Origin: a virus
Virus record (IMG/VR): IMGVR_UViG_3300029203_000014
Direction: 5' to 3' (one strand)
DNA: 36,691 nucleotides
Shown here one piece after another: positions 22,552 to 32,666 of the stretch; position 1 is the stretch's first letter, and the number at the start of each line of letters is the position of its first letter. The notes beneath the pieces are model-generated. The model was given only the letters and a program-made list of their open reading frames with translations. It was not told where the DNA came from and searched no databases. A program made the translations under genes and the position numbers.

Positions 22552-23015
22552 TTGTCCTTGCCGCCATGCTGGCCGCTGATCGGGACGCGCTGATCTGCGA
22601 CCTGGCCGAGACGTACCACGTGCTGGATATGACCGCCCTGCCAGTACCGCTGCTGGCCACGCTGGCTGCGGGCCTGCGGGGTGATTCCCGCATCCGGTTG
22701 GCGATGTCCGGCGAGCGCGTGACGAACGCCGAGATGCTGCAGGCCGCCATGCTCGACCGGCTGACTACGCTGTGCTGGATGCAGAGCAGGGACGGCGCAC
22801 ATGGGCGCAGGCGGCCACCGTCAGTTCTGGACGCAATCAGCGGCAAGGAAGAGCAATCCGATAGCAAGCCGGTTGCCTACAACACACCGGCTGACTTTGA
22901 GCGGGCACGTGCCCGGATCATTAAGAGAGAGAGAGGTGACAAGTATGGCATCCGATGTGGCAACCGCGTATGTGCAGATCATCCCATCGGCTCGAGGCAT
23001 CAGCGGAGGGATTGA
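22288..23015 (+). CDS. Tail assembly chaperone frameshift product (gpGT equivalent)
   Basis: A -1 shift at 22542-22548 joins ...GTPAKK to LIVLAAMLAADRDALI...; this arrangement is conserved in long-tailed phages. Confidence 0.65.
22542..22548 (+). other. Programmed -1 ribosomal frameshift site A_AAA_AAC
   Basis: The heptamer is in the zero-frame phasing gcA AAA AAC TGA. The -1 frame is open from 22506 to 23015. Confidence 0.75.
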
Positions 23016-25152
23016 GCAGGCCCTCGGCGGGGATGCTGCGGTATCCAGCGCCGGTGCGAGCATCGGTGGCAAGCTGGCCGGGGCAATCAAAGTTGCTATT
23101 ACCACAGCGGGGCTTGGCGCAGCGCTGGGCAAGACGCTGACCGAGGGCGCTGCCCTTGAACAAAGCATCGGCGGCGTTGAAACGCTGTTTAAGGGCAGCG
23201 CTTCCCAGGTGACTGCGGCGGCCGATCAGGCATTCCGGACGGCCGGTGTATCGGCCAACAACTACATGGAGCAGGTGACTAGCTTTTCGGCCACCCTGCT
23301 TCAGGGCCTGGGCGGGGACACCGCCGCGGCGGCCGGGTACGCAGATAAGGCCATTGTCCAGATGTCGGACAACGCCAACAAGATGGGCACCGATATGTCC
23401 GCCATCCAGTACGCATACCAGGGTTTCGCCAAAGACAACTACACGATGCTGGACAACCTCAAGCTGGGGTACGGCGGCACACAGTCCGAGATGGCCCGTC
23501 TGATTAACGACAGTGGTGTACTGGGTGATTCCGTCAAGGTTACGGCCGACACGGTCAAGGACGTGCCGTTCAGCTCCATCATTGACGCTATCGGCGTTAT
23601 CCAGGACAACCTTGGCATCACCGGCACCACAGCCGAAGAGGCTGCGACAACGCTGTCCGGCTCGTTTGCATCCATGCAGGCGGCCGCCAGCAATGTGATG
23701 GCCAACTTAACGCTTGGCCGCGACATCGGCCCGGCATTGCAGGGCCTTGCACAGACTGTAACCACCTTTTTGGCAGGCAATCTGCTCCCGGCAATCGGCA
23801 ATATCCTGTCTGCGCTTGTGCTCCAGGTGATACCTGTCGGAACGCAAATGCTACAAAGCCTGGGTGCAGGGCTGGCGCAGGGCGTCCCCAACTTTTTGGC
23901 ACAGGCGCTGCCCATGGTGCTGCAATTCACAGAAACCCTACGCACCAATTTCGGAAACATTGTGGATGCCGGCATCGACTTGCTGCTAAACCTTGCCCAG
24001 GGCATCGCCAATAGCCTGCCCACGCTGATCGAATATGTGCCGCAGATCGTCACAAATATTGCGGGATTGATTAACGACAATGCCCCCAAGTTGTTAGCGG
24101 CAGGGCTGCATATTATCGTAACGCTTGGGCTGGGGCTGATACAGGCAATCCCCACGTTGATTGCCAATATCCCCCAGATTATACAAGCCGTTGTCAGCGT
24201 GTTTACGGCATTTAACTGGATCAGCCTTGGCAGCAACATTATTACGATGCTCAAAAACGGCATCACAAGCATGGTCAGTGCCGTACAATCCGCAGGAACA
24301 TCTATATTCGATGCTGTAAAAAATGCAATTACAAACCTGCCTTCGGCATTGCAAAGCATCGGCAGCAATGCGATTCAGAGTTTGGCCGGTGGTATTCGCG
24401 CGCTAATCTATGATGCACAAATGGCGGGCGTGAGTGTGTTTTCCGCTATTCAAACGGCAGTTTCTCAGTTACCTGCTGCGCTTCTTTCCATTGGTAAAAA
24501 TGCCGTGTCAAGTATGGCAAGCGGCCTGCGAAATATGCTGAGCAGTGTAGTAAGTGCCGCGCAGTCTATTCTTTCAGGAATTGTCGGCGCTGTTCAGGCG
24601 CTGCCCGGGCAATTATGGTCTCTCGCAAAATCCGCAGCCCAGAAACTCTGGAACGCATTCATTGTAAATGATTGGAATGGTCTCGGAACCAATATCATCC
24701 AAGGCATTATCAACGGCATCGGCTCCATGGCGGGGGCATTGTGGGAGGCGGCAACCAACGTTGCAAAGTCGGCCCTCAATGCCATCAAGAGCTTTTTCGG
24801 CATTGCGTCGCCGTCCAAACTCATGCAATTTGAAGTTGGTCCCTACATTCCTCAAGGTCTGGCACTTGGCATCGAAAAAAATGCCGGGTATGTCACCGAT
24901 GCCATGGACGACCTGGGGCTGCAATCCACAAGCCGCCTCCGCTCGACCATCGCGGCCGGTACACCGTCCGCCAATTCCGTCGGCAGCCAGGCCGACCATG
25001 CTGTGCTCGACGCCATCAACGCAGCCGCCCGCACCATCGTGCAAGCGGTGCAGGAAAACGGCGGTGAGATTGTCATTGGTGATGACGTGATCTATCGCAG
25101 CTTCAACCGCGCGCGGCAGTCGCAATCCATCATGCTGGGGGGTGCCTACTGA
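22945..25152 (+). CDS. Tail tape measure protein
   Basis: 735 aa from ATG 22945 (GAGAGAGGTGA SD). Ala/Gly/Ile/Leu-rich helical repeats. Largest gene after the chaperones. Confidence 0.85.
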   Translation: MASDVATAYVQIIPSARGISGGIEQALGGDAAVSSAGASIGGKLAGAIKVAITTAGLGAALGKTLTEGAALEQSIGGVETLFKGSASQVTAAADQAFRTAGVSANNYMEQVTSFSATLLQGLGGDTAAAAGYADKAIVQMSDNANKMGTDMSAIQYAYQGFAKDNYTMLDNLKLGYGGTQSEMARLINDSGVLGDSVKVTADTVKDVPFSSIIDAIGVIQDNLGITGTTAEEAATTLSGSFASMQAAASNVMANLTLGRDIGPALQGLAQTVTTFLAGNLLPAIGNILSALVLQVIPVGTQMLQSLGAGLAQGVPNFLAQALPMVLQFTETLRTNFGNIVDAGIDLLLNLAQGIANSLPTLIEYVPQIVTNIAGLINDNAPKLLAAGLHIIVTLGLGLIQAIPTLIANIPQIIQAVVSVFTAFNWISLGSNIITMLKNGITSMVSAVQSAGTSIFDAVKNAITNLPSALQSIGSNAIQSLAGGIRALIYDAQMAGVSVFSAIQTAVSQLPAALLSIGKNAVSSMASGLRNMLSSVVSAAQSILSGIVGAVQALPGQLWSLAKSAAQKLWNAFIVNDWNGLGTNIIQGIINGIGSMAGALWEAATNVAKSALNAIKSFFGIASPSKLMQFEVGPYIPQGLALGIEKNAGYVTDAMDDLGLQSTSRLRSTIAAGTPSANSVGSQADHAVLDAINAAARTIVQAVQENGGEIVIGDDVIYRSFNRARQSQSIMLGGAY

Positions 25153-25535
25153 TGCTCAAACGCACATCTCTCTTGCAAATCGACAGCCATTCCCTACCGG
25201 TTCCCACCGGCTCCCCCACCATCAAGTTTTCGGACGTTGAGAGCAGTGACAGCGGCGCCGACGAGATGGGCGTCTACCATCGTGAGGTGCTGCGGTTCGG
25301 TGTACTGACCTGTACCCTGACCTACAGCTACCTTGATAACGCCGACTGTGCCTACCTGCTCGGCCTTTTGCAAAACAAGACCACATTCCAGTTTACCTGC
25401 CCTATCCCCGGCGACGCCGCAGACGTGGCACAAACAACCACCCGCACCTGCTACTGCTCCAACTACGGGGCGGCCCTGCAGCGGCTGAAAACCGGTGTTT
25501 GGCGGGACATGGATCTGGAAATCAAAGAATGTTGA
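25152..25535 (+). CDS. Putative distal tail protein (short)
   Basis: 127 aa; TGATG overlap with the tape-measure stop; call is by position only. Confidence 0.4.
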   Translation: MLKRTSLLQIDSHSLPVPTGSPTIKFSDVESSDSGADEMGVYHREVLRFGVLTCTLTYSYLDNADCAYLLGLLQNKTTFQFTCPIPGDAADVAQTTTRTCYCSNYGAALQRLKTGVWRDMDLEIKEC

Positions 25536-25547
25536 AGAGGTGCCTGA

Positions 25548-28500
25548 ATGGTTAAGAACATCCTGGTGCTGGATGACGGCACTGAGATTGCCGCCGGCAC
25601 CGTTGGTCAGAACGCTATCCTTTCCCTGACTTGCACCGAAACCGTATCCAAAACCACCGACCTATGTCCCGGCGCAGCCTGCTCCAATAAGCTGGAAATC
25701 ACAATCTGGGTGGAGCCGGGAACCGATCTGCCGATTACATCCGGAACCCGGCTGACCCACTACCGGGAGACATCCGGCCATCGAACCCTGGCGGGCACCT
25801 ACTGGGCAGTTAAACCTACCAGCCAGACCCGCAACACCTATAAAGTATACGCTTATGACGCTGTATCTCGGCTTGATAGCGTACAGTCTACCTGGCTACG
25901 ATCCATTCAGGATCAGTTTCCGATGACATTGTGGAAATTCGCCGGGCTGGTAGCACAGCGGTGCGGCGTAACCATTGCCAACAACTCCCTGCCCCGCAAC
26001 GGAACCTATCTGGTACAGGCCTTTTATGCCGATAATCTGACCGGCCGCCAGCTGCTTGCCTGGGTGGCCGAAGCGTCCTGCACTTTCTTGCGGGCTACGC
26101 CGGACGGGAAAATCGAATTTGCCTGGTACACAGATTACAACGCATTGCAGAGCATCGGGCCAACCGTATACATAAGGGACGGCCTGTCGCATGACAAGTT
26201 TCAGACCGCGCCGGTCGTCAAAGTACAGATCCGGCAGAGCGATGACGACGTGGGTGTGCTGTATCCGTCCGATGAGAGTGGATCAAATGCCTTGGTTATC
26301 CAGGGCAACCTGCTGCTGACATCCGCCACTGCGGAAGCACTGAAGCCGGTCGCGCAGGCGATATTTGAAACGATGAAGGGCGTGACCTACACACCACTCA
26401 AAGTAACCGTCCCGGCGGATTTTCCCCTGCCCGCGCCTGGAAACATTGTATCTGTCACTGATGCCCGCGGAAACGTGCTGAGCTCCTATATCATGACCCG
26501 GAAAATATCCGGTCAGCAGGTCACGCTGGAATCCACCGGCAACGCCACACGGGACGGAACCGCAGCCGTAAATGAGCAGAGCTACAAGAACCTGACCGGC
26601 AAGATGCTGGAGATCAAGACCAGCGTGGACGGCCTGGAAGTAAAGGCCAGCGACCTGACCGGCAAGTACACCGACCTGAAAGCAACGGTGGACGGGCTTT
26701 CCTCTGAGGTGAAAAAAGACACCAAAATCACCGGCGGCGGCAACCTGATCCTGGGCAGTGAGAGCTTCAAGAACGCCGAGTTGAAAGGCAACGCGGTCAG
26801 CGGCAGTTCAGTCACGTACAACGATACCGGCAGCGCGACCGTAACAAACGCAAACTCCAATCGGTATTTTATTTGCAACACCGCGGGCGCTCGCATTACA
26901 AAAGGCGTCACTTTGTGCCTGTCCGTCATGTACAAACCAATTTCCGGCACCGACGGGTTGTGCCTGAGCCTTACGTATGACGCCGACAACGGAACTTCTT
27001 ACTATTTCAGTATAACAACCGAAAACCAGCTTGAAATTAAGCAGACGGACGGCTGGGTGCTGCGGTATGGTACATGGACCCCCAGCAAAAACGGTGTTTT
27101 GAAAACTGTCGAGCTTGGCTGCGGCAACATAAAGGCGGGGGTTGGCGGCAGCTACACCAACAAGTTTTCGCTGCTTCACCCCATGCTGCAATACGGCAAT
27201 GCGCCGACCGCGTGGACAGCTAGCAGCGGGGACTACATAACAGAGGAAAACGCCAAAAGCCTGATCTCCCAATCGGCGGATGAAATCAAAACGGAAGTCC
27301 GCAGCCTGAAAGAAACCACCACAACCATTTCCAACGACCTGGACAGCACAAAGCGGGAATTCAAAACCGTTAAAGAATCAGTATCCGCGATCGACCAGAA
27401 AGCCAACAGCATTACCCAGACGGTAACGCAGCGGATCACCGGCGGCAACAATATTATTGTGGGCACCGACGACTGGAACAATGCGACCCTGGATGCAGGC
27501 GGCAATGCCGCAAGCAAAAAAGGCAGTTACACCATTACGGGTGAATCTGTTCGCGTGACCAATAAGGCCCAGAATACCCGGTTCCACTTTGCGGCAGATA
27601 AAACACTGGTCATTGCAAAGGGCATGACCTATTGTGCATCGGTACTGTACAAGCTCAACTCCGGCACAGACAGTCTGTTTTTGCAGTTTGAGACCAAATC
27701 CACCAGCGGCACAAAAGCCTACTACGGCAGTGCATTCAAAAACGCGAAGCAGGACATTGTGCTGGATAATGGCTGGAAGCTGCGCTGGGCAGCCTTCACG
27801 GCGACCGCGGACGGCTATGCAGACGGTCTGTTTGTAAGCACAGCCAACGATAACGCCACCGTTACCAACGATCTGACCATCATGCACCCCATGGTGCAGA
27901 TGGGCAACGCCCCCACTGCCTGGACGGCCAGCACCGGCGACTATCTGACCGCCAACGAAACCAAAACCGAGATCAAGCAGACGGTGGGCGAAATTAAGCT
28001 GACGGCCAGCACAAGCGGAACCAGCAGCACCATCAAGCTGACGGCAGGCGGAACAGAGATCACCAGCGCACAGATCAACCTATCCGGCGTGGTGACATTT
28101 TCGGATTTGAGCACATGGAACCAGGACAAGACCATCATCAACGGCGGAAACATTACCACCGGACAACTACACAACCTGAACTACACCACCGTGTACGACC
28201 TGGACAACGCTTGGATACGTATGGGCACCGAGGCCGGTGAGCGTGTATTTTTGGACAACCGGCACATCGCATGGTATGCCACCATCAACACCGGCAGCAT
28301 CGGCCTGACCGGCGTGCTGTACTCAGAGGCTGGCAGCTCCTACATTGGGGCGTGCAGCAAGTACGCCAAGTACGGCTGGGTGAATGGACTGGACCCCACA
28401 TCTTACGTTGGGATGCAGATCACCTACAACCGCAGCGATGACAGCGATGTCGATTTTAATACAACGCGGGTGGGTGTTTCCGGCAAGCTCAACGTGCACA

Positions 28501-29009
28501 ATCTGGACGTTTGGGGCGAGAAATCCCGCGTGGTGCCTACCAGCTTCGGCGCGCTGAAAATGGCCGCATTTGAGACGCCGCTGCCAACCTTTGCGGACTG
28601 GGGCAAGGGCCAGTGCGGCCCCGAAGGCTGGTGCCTGATTGCCCTTGACCCGCACTATGCGGAGACCATCGCTCAGTACGGGCAGCCCGCCTGGCTGCTG
28701 ACGGATTGCGATGGAACCGGCCACCTGTGGGCCGAAAACTGCGGCCAGTATGCCATTATACACGGCGCACCGAGGCAGCAATTTGCATGGCTCTGCATGG
28801 CCGCCCAGCGCGGCTATGAGGGCAGCTATGCCGACCGCAGTGACAGCAGCTACCCCGCGGGCGAACCGGCAGGCATTGATCTGGCCGCCAGCACCGCCGC
28901 CCGCGCCCAGGACGAAAGCACCACCGCCGCAGATGACCTGTTGGCTATGGACACCGGCGCGAACGAAACCGCAGACATTCTATTGGATGAATCGGAGGAA
29001 TTAGCATGA
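25548..29009 (+). CDS. Tail-associated (Tal-like) baseplate/host-recognition protein with two CBM-like repeats
   Basis: 1153 aa. N-terminal prophage-tail style domain, coiled-coil segments, and two roughly 200-aa paralogous modules each ending HPM(L/V)Q.GNAPTAWTAS.GDY. Confidence 0.7.
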   Translation: MVKNILVLDDGTEIAAGTVGQNAILSLTCTETVSKTTDLCPGAACSNKLEITIWVEPGTDLPITSGTRLTHYRETSGHRTLAGTYWAVKPTSQTRNTYKVYAYDAVSRLDSVQSTWLRSIQDQFPMTLWKFAGLVAQRCGVTIANNSLPRNGTYLVQAFYADNLTGRQLLAWVAEASCTFLRATPDGKIEFAWYTDYNALQSIGPTVYIRDGLSHDKFQTAPVVKVQIRQSDDDVGVLYPSDESGSNALVIQGNLLLTSATAEALKPVAQAIFETMKGVTYTPLKVTVPADFPLPAPGNIVSVTDARGNVLSSYIMTRKISGQQVTLESTGNATRDGTAAVNEQSYKNLTGKMLEIKTSVDGLEVKASDLTGKYTDLKATVDGLSSEVKKDTKITGGGNLILGSESFKNAELKGNAVSGSSVTYNDTGSATVTNANSNRYFICNTAGARITKGVTLCLSVMYKPISGTDGLCLSLTYDADNGTSYYFSITTENQLEIKQTDGWVLRYGTWTPSKNGVLKTVELGCGNIKAGVGGSYTNKFSLLHPMLQYGNAPTAWTASSGDYITEENAKSLISQSADEIKTEVRSLKETTTTISNDLDSTKREFKTVKESVSAIDQKANSITQTVTQRITGGNNIIVGTDDWNNATLDAGGNAASKKGSYTITGESVRVTNKAQNTRFHFAADKTLVIAKGMTYCASVLYKLNSGTDSLFLQFETKSTSGTKAYYGSAFKNAKQDIVLDNGWKLRWAAFTATADGYADGLFVSTANDNATVTNDLTIMHPMVQMGNAPTAWTASTGDYLTANETKTEIKQTVGEIKLTASTSGTSSTIKLTAGGTEITSAQINLSGVVTFSDLSTWNQDKTIINGGNITTGQLHNLNYTTVYDLDNAWIRMGTEAGERVFLDNRHIAWYATINTGSIGLTGVLYSEAGSSYIGACSKYAKYGWVNGLDPTSYVGMQITYNRSDDSDVDFNTTRVGVSGKLNVHNLDVWGEKSRVVPTSFGALKMAAFETPLPTFADWGKGQCGPEGWCLIALDPHYAETIAQYGQPAWLLTDCDGTGHLWAENCGQYAIIHGAPRQQFAWLCMAAQRGYEGSYADRSDSSYPAGEPAGIDLAASTAARAQDESTTAADDLLAMDTGANETADILLDESEELA

Positions 29010-29194
29010 AGAAATTATCCGGCGTGGCAATCGTAACGACCGCTGAGGGCGAACGCGTGAGCTACACATACACCGAATTGGACAGTGATGGCAACATCAC
29101 CAGCCAGAACAACCGGGGGTCTTTTGTGGCCCTTGATGAAGAGGTTCTGGCGGCCATTGCCACGCTGAAAAATGCCGTGAACGCGCGGCTGTAA
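29006..29194 (+). CDS. Hypothetical tail-region protein (62 aa)
   Basis: ATGA coupling to the Tal-like gene. Confidence 0.5.
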   Translation: MKKLSGVAIVTTAEGERVSYTYTELDSDGNITSQNNRGSFVALDEEVLAAIATLKNAVNARL

Positions 29195-29209
29195 AGGAGG
29201 ATACCCCCC

Positions 29210-29392
29210 ATGACTGACAACAAACGCATTAAAGAATGCAAACGCAAAGTTATTGCCGCAATTAACGAAGCAACGCTGCCGTTTGCCGTCACAGAGTTGA
29301 TTTTGGAGAACGTTTTGAACGCCGTGCGTGAGAACATGGCGGCAGAGGAAATGGCAGCGGCGAACCAGCCGAACCAGGAGAAAAACGAATGA
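29210..29392 (+). CDS. Hypothetical tail-region protein (60 aa)
   Basis: AAGGAGG SD; helical, acidic tail. Confidence 0.5.
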   Translation: MTDNKRIKECKRKVIAAINEATLPFAVTELILENVLNAVRENMAAEEMAAANQPNQEKNE

Positions 29393-29718
29393 AACAGGGA
29401 ACGCAATTTGTGCTGCCCGTGGAAATCGGCATGAGCCTGGACGAGATAAGCCGGATCGAATTTGTATTTAAGCAAAAAAATTATAATGGCTTCCCGGCTA
29501 TCAAATCCAACGTCTGGCCGGATGACTGCACCCGGCAGGAAGGGCAGAACATCATCCTTATCCCCTGGACGCGGGCGGAGACATACAAATTCATGGGCGG
29601 CGAGACGCTGTACATGGACACCCGCATCACGTTGCGGGACAGCGCTGACCAGCCGCAGACGGAAATTTTGGCGCTCAAAATGAGCCCGACCTTATTCCAG
29701 GAGGTTGATGGTGCATGA
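29389..29718 (+). CDS. Hypothetical tail-region protein (109 aa)
   Basis: ATGA coupling on both sides. Confidence 0.55.
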   Translation: MKQGTQFVLPVEIGMSLDEISRIEFVFKQKNYNGFPAIKSNVWPDDCTRQEGQNIILIPWTRAETYKFMGGETLYMDTRITLRDSADQPQTEILALKMSPTLFQEVDGA

Positions 29719-29963
29719 TCCAGGTGCGAGTGGCCCAACAGAGCGCCGTATCAGTGCGCATTACAGGCACCGCAGTGGTTAGCGCGCCGGAGTATGCAGG
29801 GCCATATGACATCACGCCGTTGCTCTCGGCGCAGACCCTGCCCACCGCAAAGCGGTTATTGCAGCAGAACATAACAATCAAAAAGATACCTCAGTACGAG
29901 GTAACCAACGATTCCAACGGTTACACACTGATTATAGGAGAGGAGTACTACAATGCCCAATAA
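29715..29963 (+). CDS. Hypothetical tail-region protein (82 aa)
   Basis: Coupled ORF upstream of the fibre genes. Confidence 0.5.
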   Translation: MIQVRVAQQSAVSVRITGTAVVSAPEYAGPYDITPLLSAQTLPTAKRLLQQNITIKKIPQYEVTNDSNGYTLIIGEEYYNAQ

Positions 29964-30540
29964 ATACGTAAACAAGGTTGTTATCGGCAAGGAAACGAAG
30001 CTTGACCTGACTGCCGATACCATTACCCCGGACAAGCTCGCAAAAGGTATCACAGCGCACGACAAGTCCGGCGCCCCTATTACCGGTACCAGCACGAAAG
30101 ACGCGGATACCAGCGATGCTACCGCAGCTGTGGCGGAGGTTTTGAACGGGAAAACATTCTACGCGCGTGGCGCTAAAATGACCGGCACAATGCCCAACAA
30201 CGGCGAAGTCAACGGTGAAATCAGCACCGTTTCTGGTAAGTACACCATTCCCATGGGCTTTCATGATGGCGCGGGCGGAGTGACTATCGCAGCGACCGAA
30301 CAGGCCAAGCTGGTGCCCACAAATATCCGCGAGGGCGTTACGGTCCTGGGCGTGAAAGGCTCTATGAGCGGCAGCGAAGGTATGAAGCCGCAGGCCAAGA
30401 GCGTTACGCCGACCTTTGAGCAGCAGGTTGTGCTGCCCGACAAAGCGTATAACTGCCTGTCCCAAGTTACTGTGCAGGCGATCCCGGCCACATACGTTGA
30501 TAATGCGGCTGGCGGCCAGACGTTGACGATCGGAGGCTGA
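29953..30540 (+). CDS. Tail fibre module protein 1
   Basis: 195 aa. N-terminal NKVVIGKETKLDLTADTITPDKLAKGITAHDKSGAPITGT is shared with the next ORF. Its C-terminal unit resembles the repeats of 30862-31854. Confidence 0.6.
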   Translation: MPNKYVNKVVIGKETKLDLTADTITPDKLAKGITAHDKSGAPITGTSTKDADTSDATAAVAEVLNGKTFYARGAKMTGTMPNNGEVNGEISTVSGKYTIPMGFHDGAGGVTIAATEQAKLVPTNIREGVTVLGVKGSMSGSEGMKPQAKSVTPTFEQQVVLPDKAYNCLSQVTVQAIPATYVDNAAGGQTLTIGG

Positions 30541-30542
30541 GC

Positions 30543-30854
30543 ATGGCCGTAAACAAGGTTGTTATCAATGATGAAGTCGTCCTCGACCTGACCGGCGATA
30601 CGGTGCAGGCTGCCGACCTGCCGAAAGGGGTAATTGCCCACAGTGCCACAGGGGCCAAAGTCACCGGAACCACAAACTATGCCGGTTCCAGCAACGCAGG
30701 CGGCTCCGCAACGAGCGCCGAAAAACTAAATAACAGCCTGACCATCAAACTGAACGGAACCAGTCAGGGCGCATGGGACGGCAGCAGCGCAAAAACCATT
30801 GACATAACGGCAGCCAGCGTTGGCGCGACAAACGTTACGCTCAGAAGGTGGTGA
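30543..30854 (+). CDS. Tail fibre module protein 2
   Basis: 103 aa; N-terminal NKVVINDEVVLDLTGDTVQAADLPKGVIAHSATGAKVTGT is paralogous to 29953-30540. Confidence 0.55.
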   Translation: MAVNKVVINDEVVLDLTGDTVQAADLPKGVIAHSATGAKVTGTTNYAGSSNAGGSATSAEKLNNSLTIKLNGTSQGAWDGSSAKTIDITAASVGATNVTLRRW

Positions 30855-30861
30855 CAGTTGC

Positions 30862-31854
30862 ATGGGTGTGTATTTAGGCAGCGATGCCGTTGACATGCAG
30901 GGCGGCTTTGTGACGGGTGGTGCCAGCGGCGTAAAATTGCAGAGCAAAACAGTTACCCCAAGTGAGAATACCCAAACCGTAAATCCTGACAGCAGTTACG
31001 ACGCTTTAAGTTCCGTCACGGTGGAAGCCATATCGAACACGTATATCGGTAGCAGCGTAACCAAGAAAAGCGCCGCCACTTATACGCCGGGAACGAGTGA
31101 CCAGAGCATTGCATCTGGGCAATACCTGAGCGGGACACAAACAATCAAGGGCGATGCAAACCTGGTGGCCGGGAACATTAAGAGCGGTGTGAGTATTTTT
31201 GGAGTTTCTGGTACTTACACGGGCAGCAGCAGTGGTGGAAGCGGAAGTGTGAGTTTACAAAGCAAAACTGTATCGCCAAGTGAAAGAACACAGACTGTAA
31301 AACCTGACAGCGGATACGGCGGATTGAGCCAGGTGACTGTAAATGCTATTTCGACTACATATGTGGGCAGTGGTGTGACCAAGAAAGCTGCTGCGACTTA
31401 TACACCATCGACCAGTAACCAGACGATTGCCGCAAGCCAGTATTTAAGTGGTGCTCAAACCATTAAAGGTGATGCAAACCTTGTGGCCGGAAACATCAAA
31501 AGCGGTGTGAGCATTTTTGGCGTGACAGGAACTTATGCCGGCGGCGGGAGTTCCGGCGGCAGTGGCAATAACAATGTGGAGGCTTATGCCATTACGGACA
31601 CCAACCCCAGCGTTAGTTTTAGGCGCACTGACGGGGCAATCAAGATTTGGGGCTACGGCACCATGACCAGTTCCGGCGGCTGGGGCCAGCAGACTACGAG
31701 CCTGATCGCGTTTGAGGGTGACAAGTACCACAAGAGCGCCATATACGGCGGCCCAAGCAGCACCAATCTGAGCCTAAGCATCAGCAACGGCAAACTCTCC
31801 GGCCTGCCGAGTGGACTGACGGCAATCAGCGCGATTGTAACGAGAGGTATATGA
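30862..31854 (+). CDS. Tail fibre protein with internal tandem duplication
   Basis: 330 aa from ATG 30862; two roughly 100-aa units (LQSKTV(T/S)PSE.TQTV.PDS...GDANLVAGNIKSGVSIFGV(S/T)GTY). Confidence 0.65.
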   Translation: MGVYLGSDAVDMQGGFVTGGASGVKLQSKTVTPSENTQTVNPDSSYDALSSVTVEAISNTYIGSSVTKKSAATYTPGTSDQSIASGQYLSGTQTIKGDANLVAGNIKSGVSIFGVSGTYTGSSSGGSGSVSLQSKTVSPSERTQTVKPDSGYGGLSQVTVNAISTTYVGSGVTKKAAATYTPSTSNQTIAASQYLSGAQTIKGDANLVAGNIKSGVSIFGVTGTYAGGGSSGGSGNNNVEAYAITDTNPSVSFRRTDGAIKIWGYGTMTSSGGWGQQTTSLIAFEGDKYHKSAIYGGPSSTNLSLSISNGKLSGLPSGLTAISAIVTRGI

Positions 31855-32654
31855 TTATGGCCACTGATACAAAGCTGGACAGCCTGGTGATCAACTACCT
31901 GACGCAAGCCCAGTATAATAATGCTAAGCGTGAAGGAACGCTGAACAGCAACCAGATCTATATGACACCGGCCTCCTCCAGTACCTATACGCTTCCTGCC
32001 GCTACCAGTTCAACCCTGGGTGGTGTGAAGATTGGTAGCAATATTACGGTGAGCAACGGTACGATCAGCCTTAGCAAGACCAATGTGACCGCAGCGCTGG
32101 GATACACACCGCCAACAACCGACACCAAGTACACACTGCCGACAGGTAATGCTTCGACGTTGGGCGGTGTGAAATTGAGCGATTCGACCAGTTCAGCGAG
32201 TTCGACCAATGGTGGTATTGCGGCAACACCGGCGGCGGTGAAGGCGGCCATCGCGGAAGCAAAACTTGCAGCCTGGCCGATTGGCAGCATTTACATGAGC
32301 GTAAGCAGTACAAGCCCAGCGTCTTTGTTTGGCGGTACCTGGGAAAGAATTTCTGACTGCTTTTTGCTTGGCGCTTCTAGTAGTTTTCCCGCAGGTGCTA
32401 CTGGGGGTGAATTCACCCATAAGCTTAAACAAAGCGAGCTACCGAATTATTCGTTGTCTGTGACGAACGGAAGCAACGTAATACGCTCCAAAACCGGAAA
32501 CACTGCGGATGCGTATGTTCAGACACAATCAAGCGGCTGGGGTATTCCGAACTGGGAATCCAAAACCGTAACAGTCGCCTCCGGCGGTTCCGGGGAAGCC
32601 CACAACAACATGCCGCCCTATCTGGCGGTTAATATGTGGAAGAGAACAAAATAA
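31851..32654 (+). CDS. Tail fibre / receptor-binding protein with phage tail-collar-like C-terminus
   Basis: 267 aa (alternative ATG at 31857); repeated TLGGVK motifs; C-terminal PIGSIYMS...GGTWERI...HNNMPPYLAVNMWKRT collar signature. Confidence 0.65.
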   Translation: MIMATDTKLDSLVINYLTQAQYNNAKREGTLNSNQIYMTPASSSTYTLPAATSSTLGGVKIGSNITVSNGTISLSKTNVTAALGYTPPTTDTKYTLPTGNASTLGGVKLSDSTSSASSTNGGIAATPAAVKAAIAEAKLAAWPIGSIYMSVSSTSPASLFGGTWERISDCFLLGASSSFPAGATGGEFTHKLKQSELPNYSLSVTNGSNVIRSKTGNTADAYVQTQSSGWGIPNWESKTVTVASGGSGEAHNNMPPYLAVNMWKRTK

Positions 32655-32666
32655 GGACAACAAATC

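Noticed and set aside
22801-22944. Upstream extension of the tape measure ORF (start at 22801)
   Set aside because: ATG 22945 has a strong GAGAGAGGTGA SD, and the upstream part overlaps the GT chaperone frame. The extension encodes Arg/Ser-rich sequence unlike the rest of the protein.
25548-32654. Diversity-generating retroelement (template/variable repeat pairs) in the fibre genes
   Set aside because: No reverse transcriptase gene is present. Differences between the repeated units are spread over all bases and codon positions rather than concentrated at adenines.
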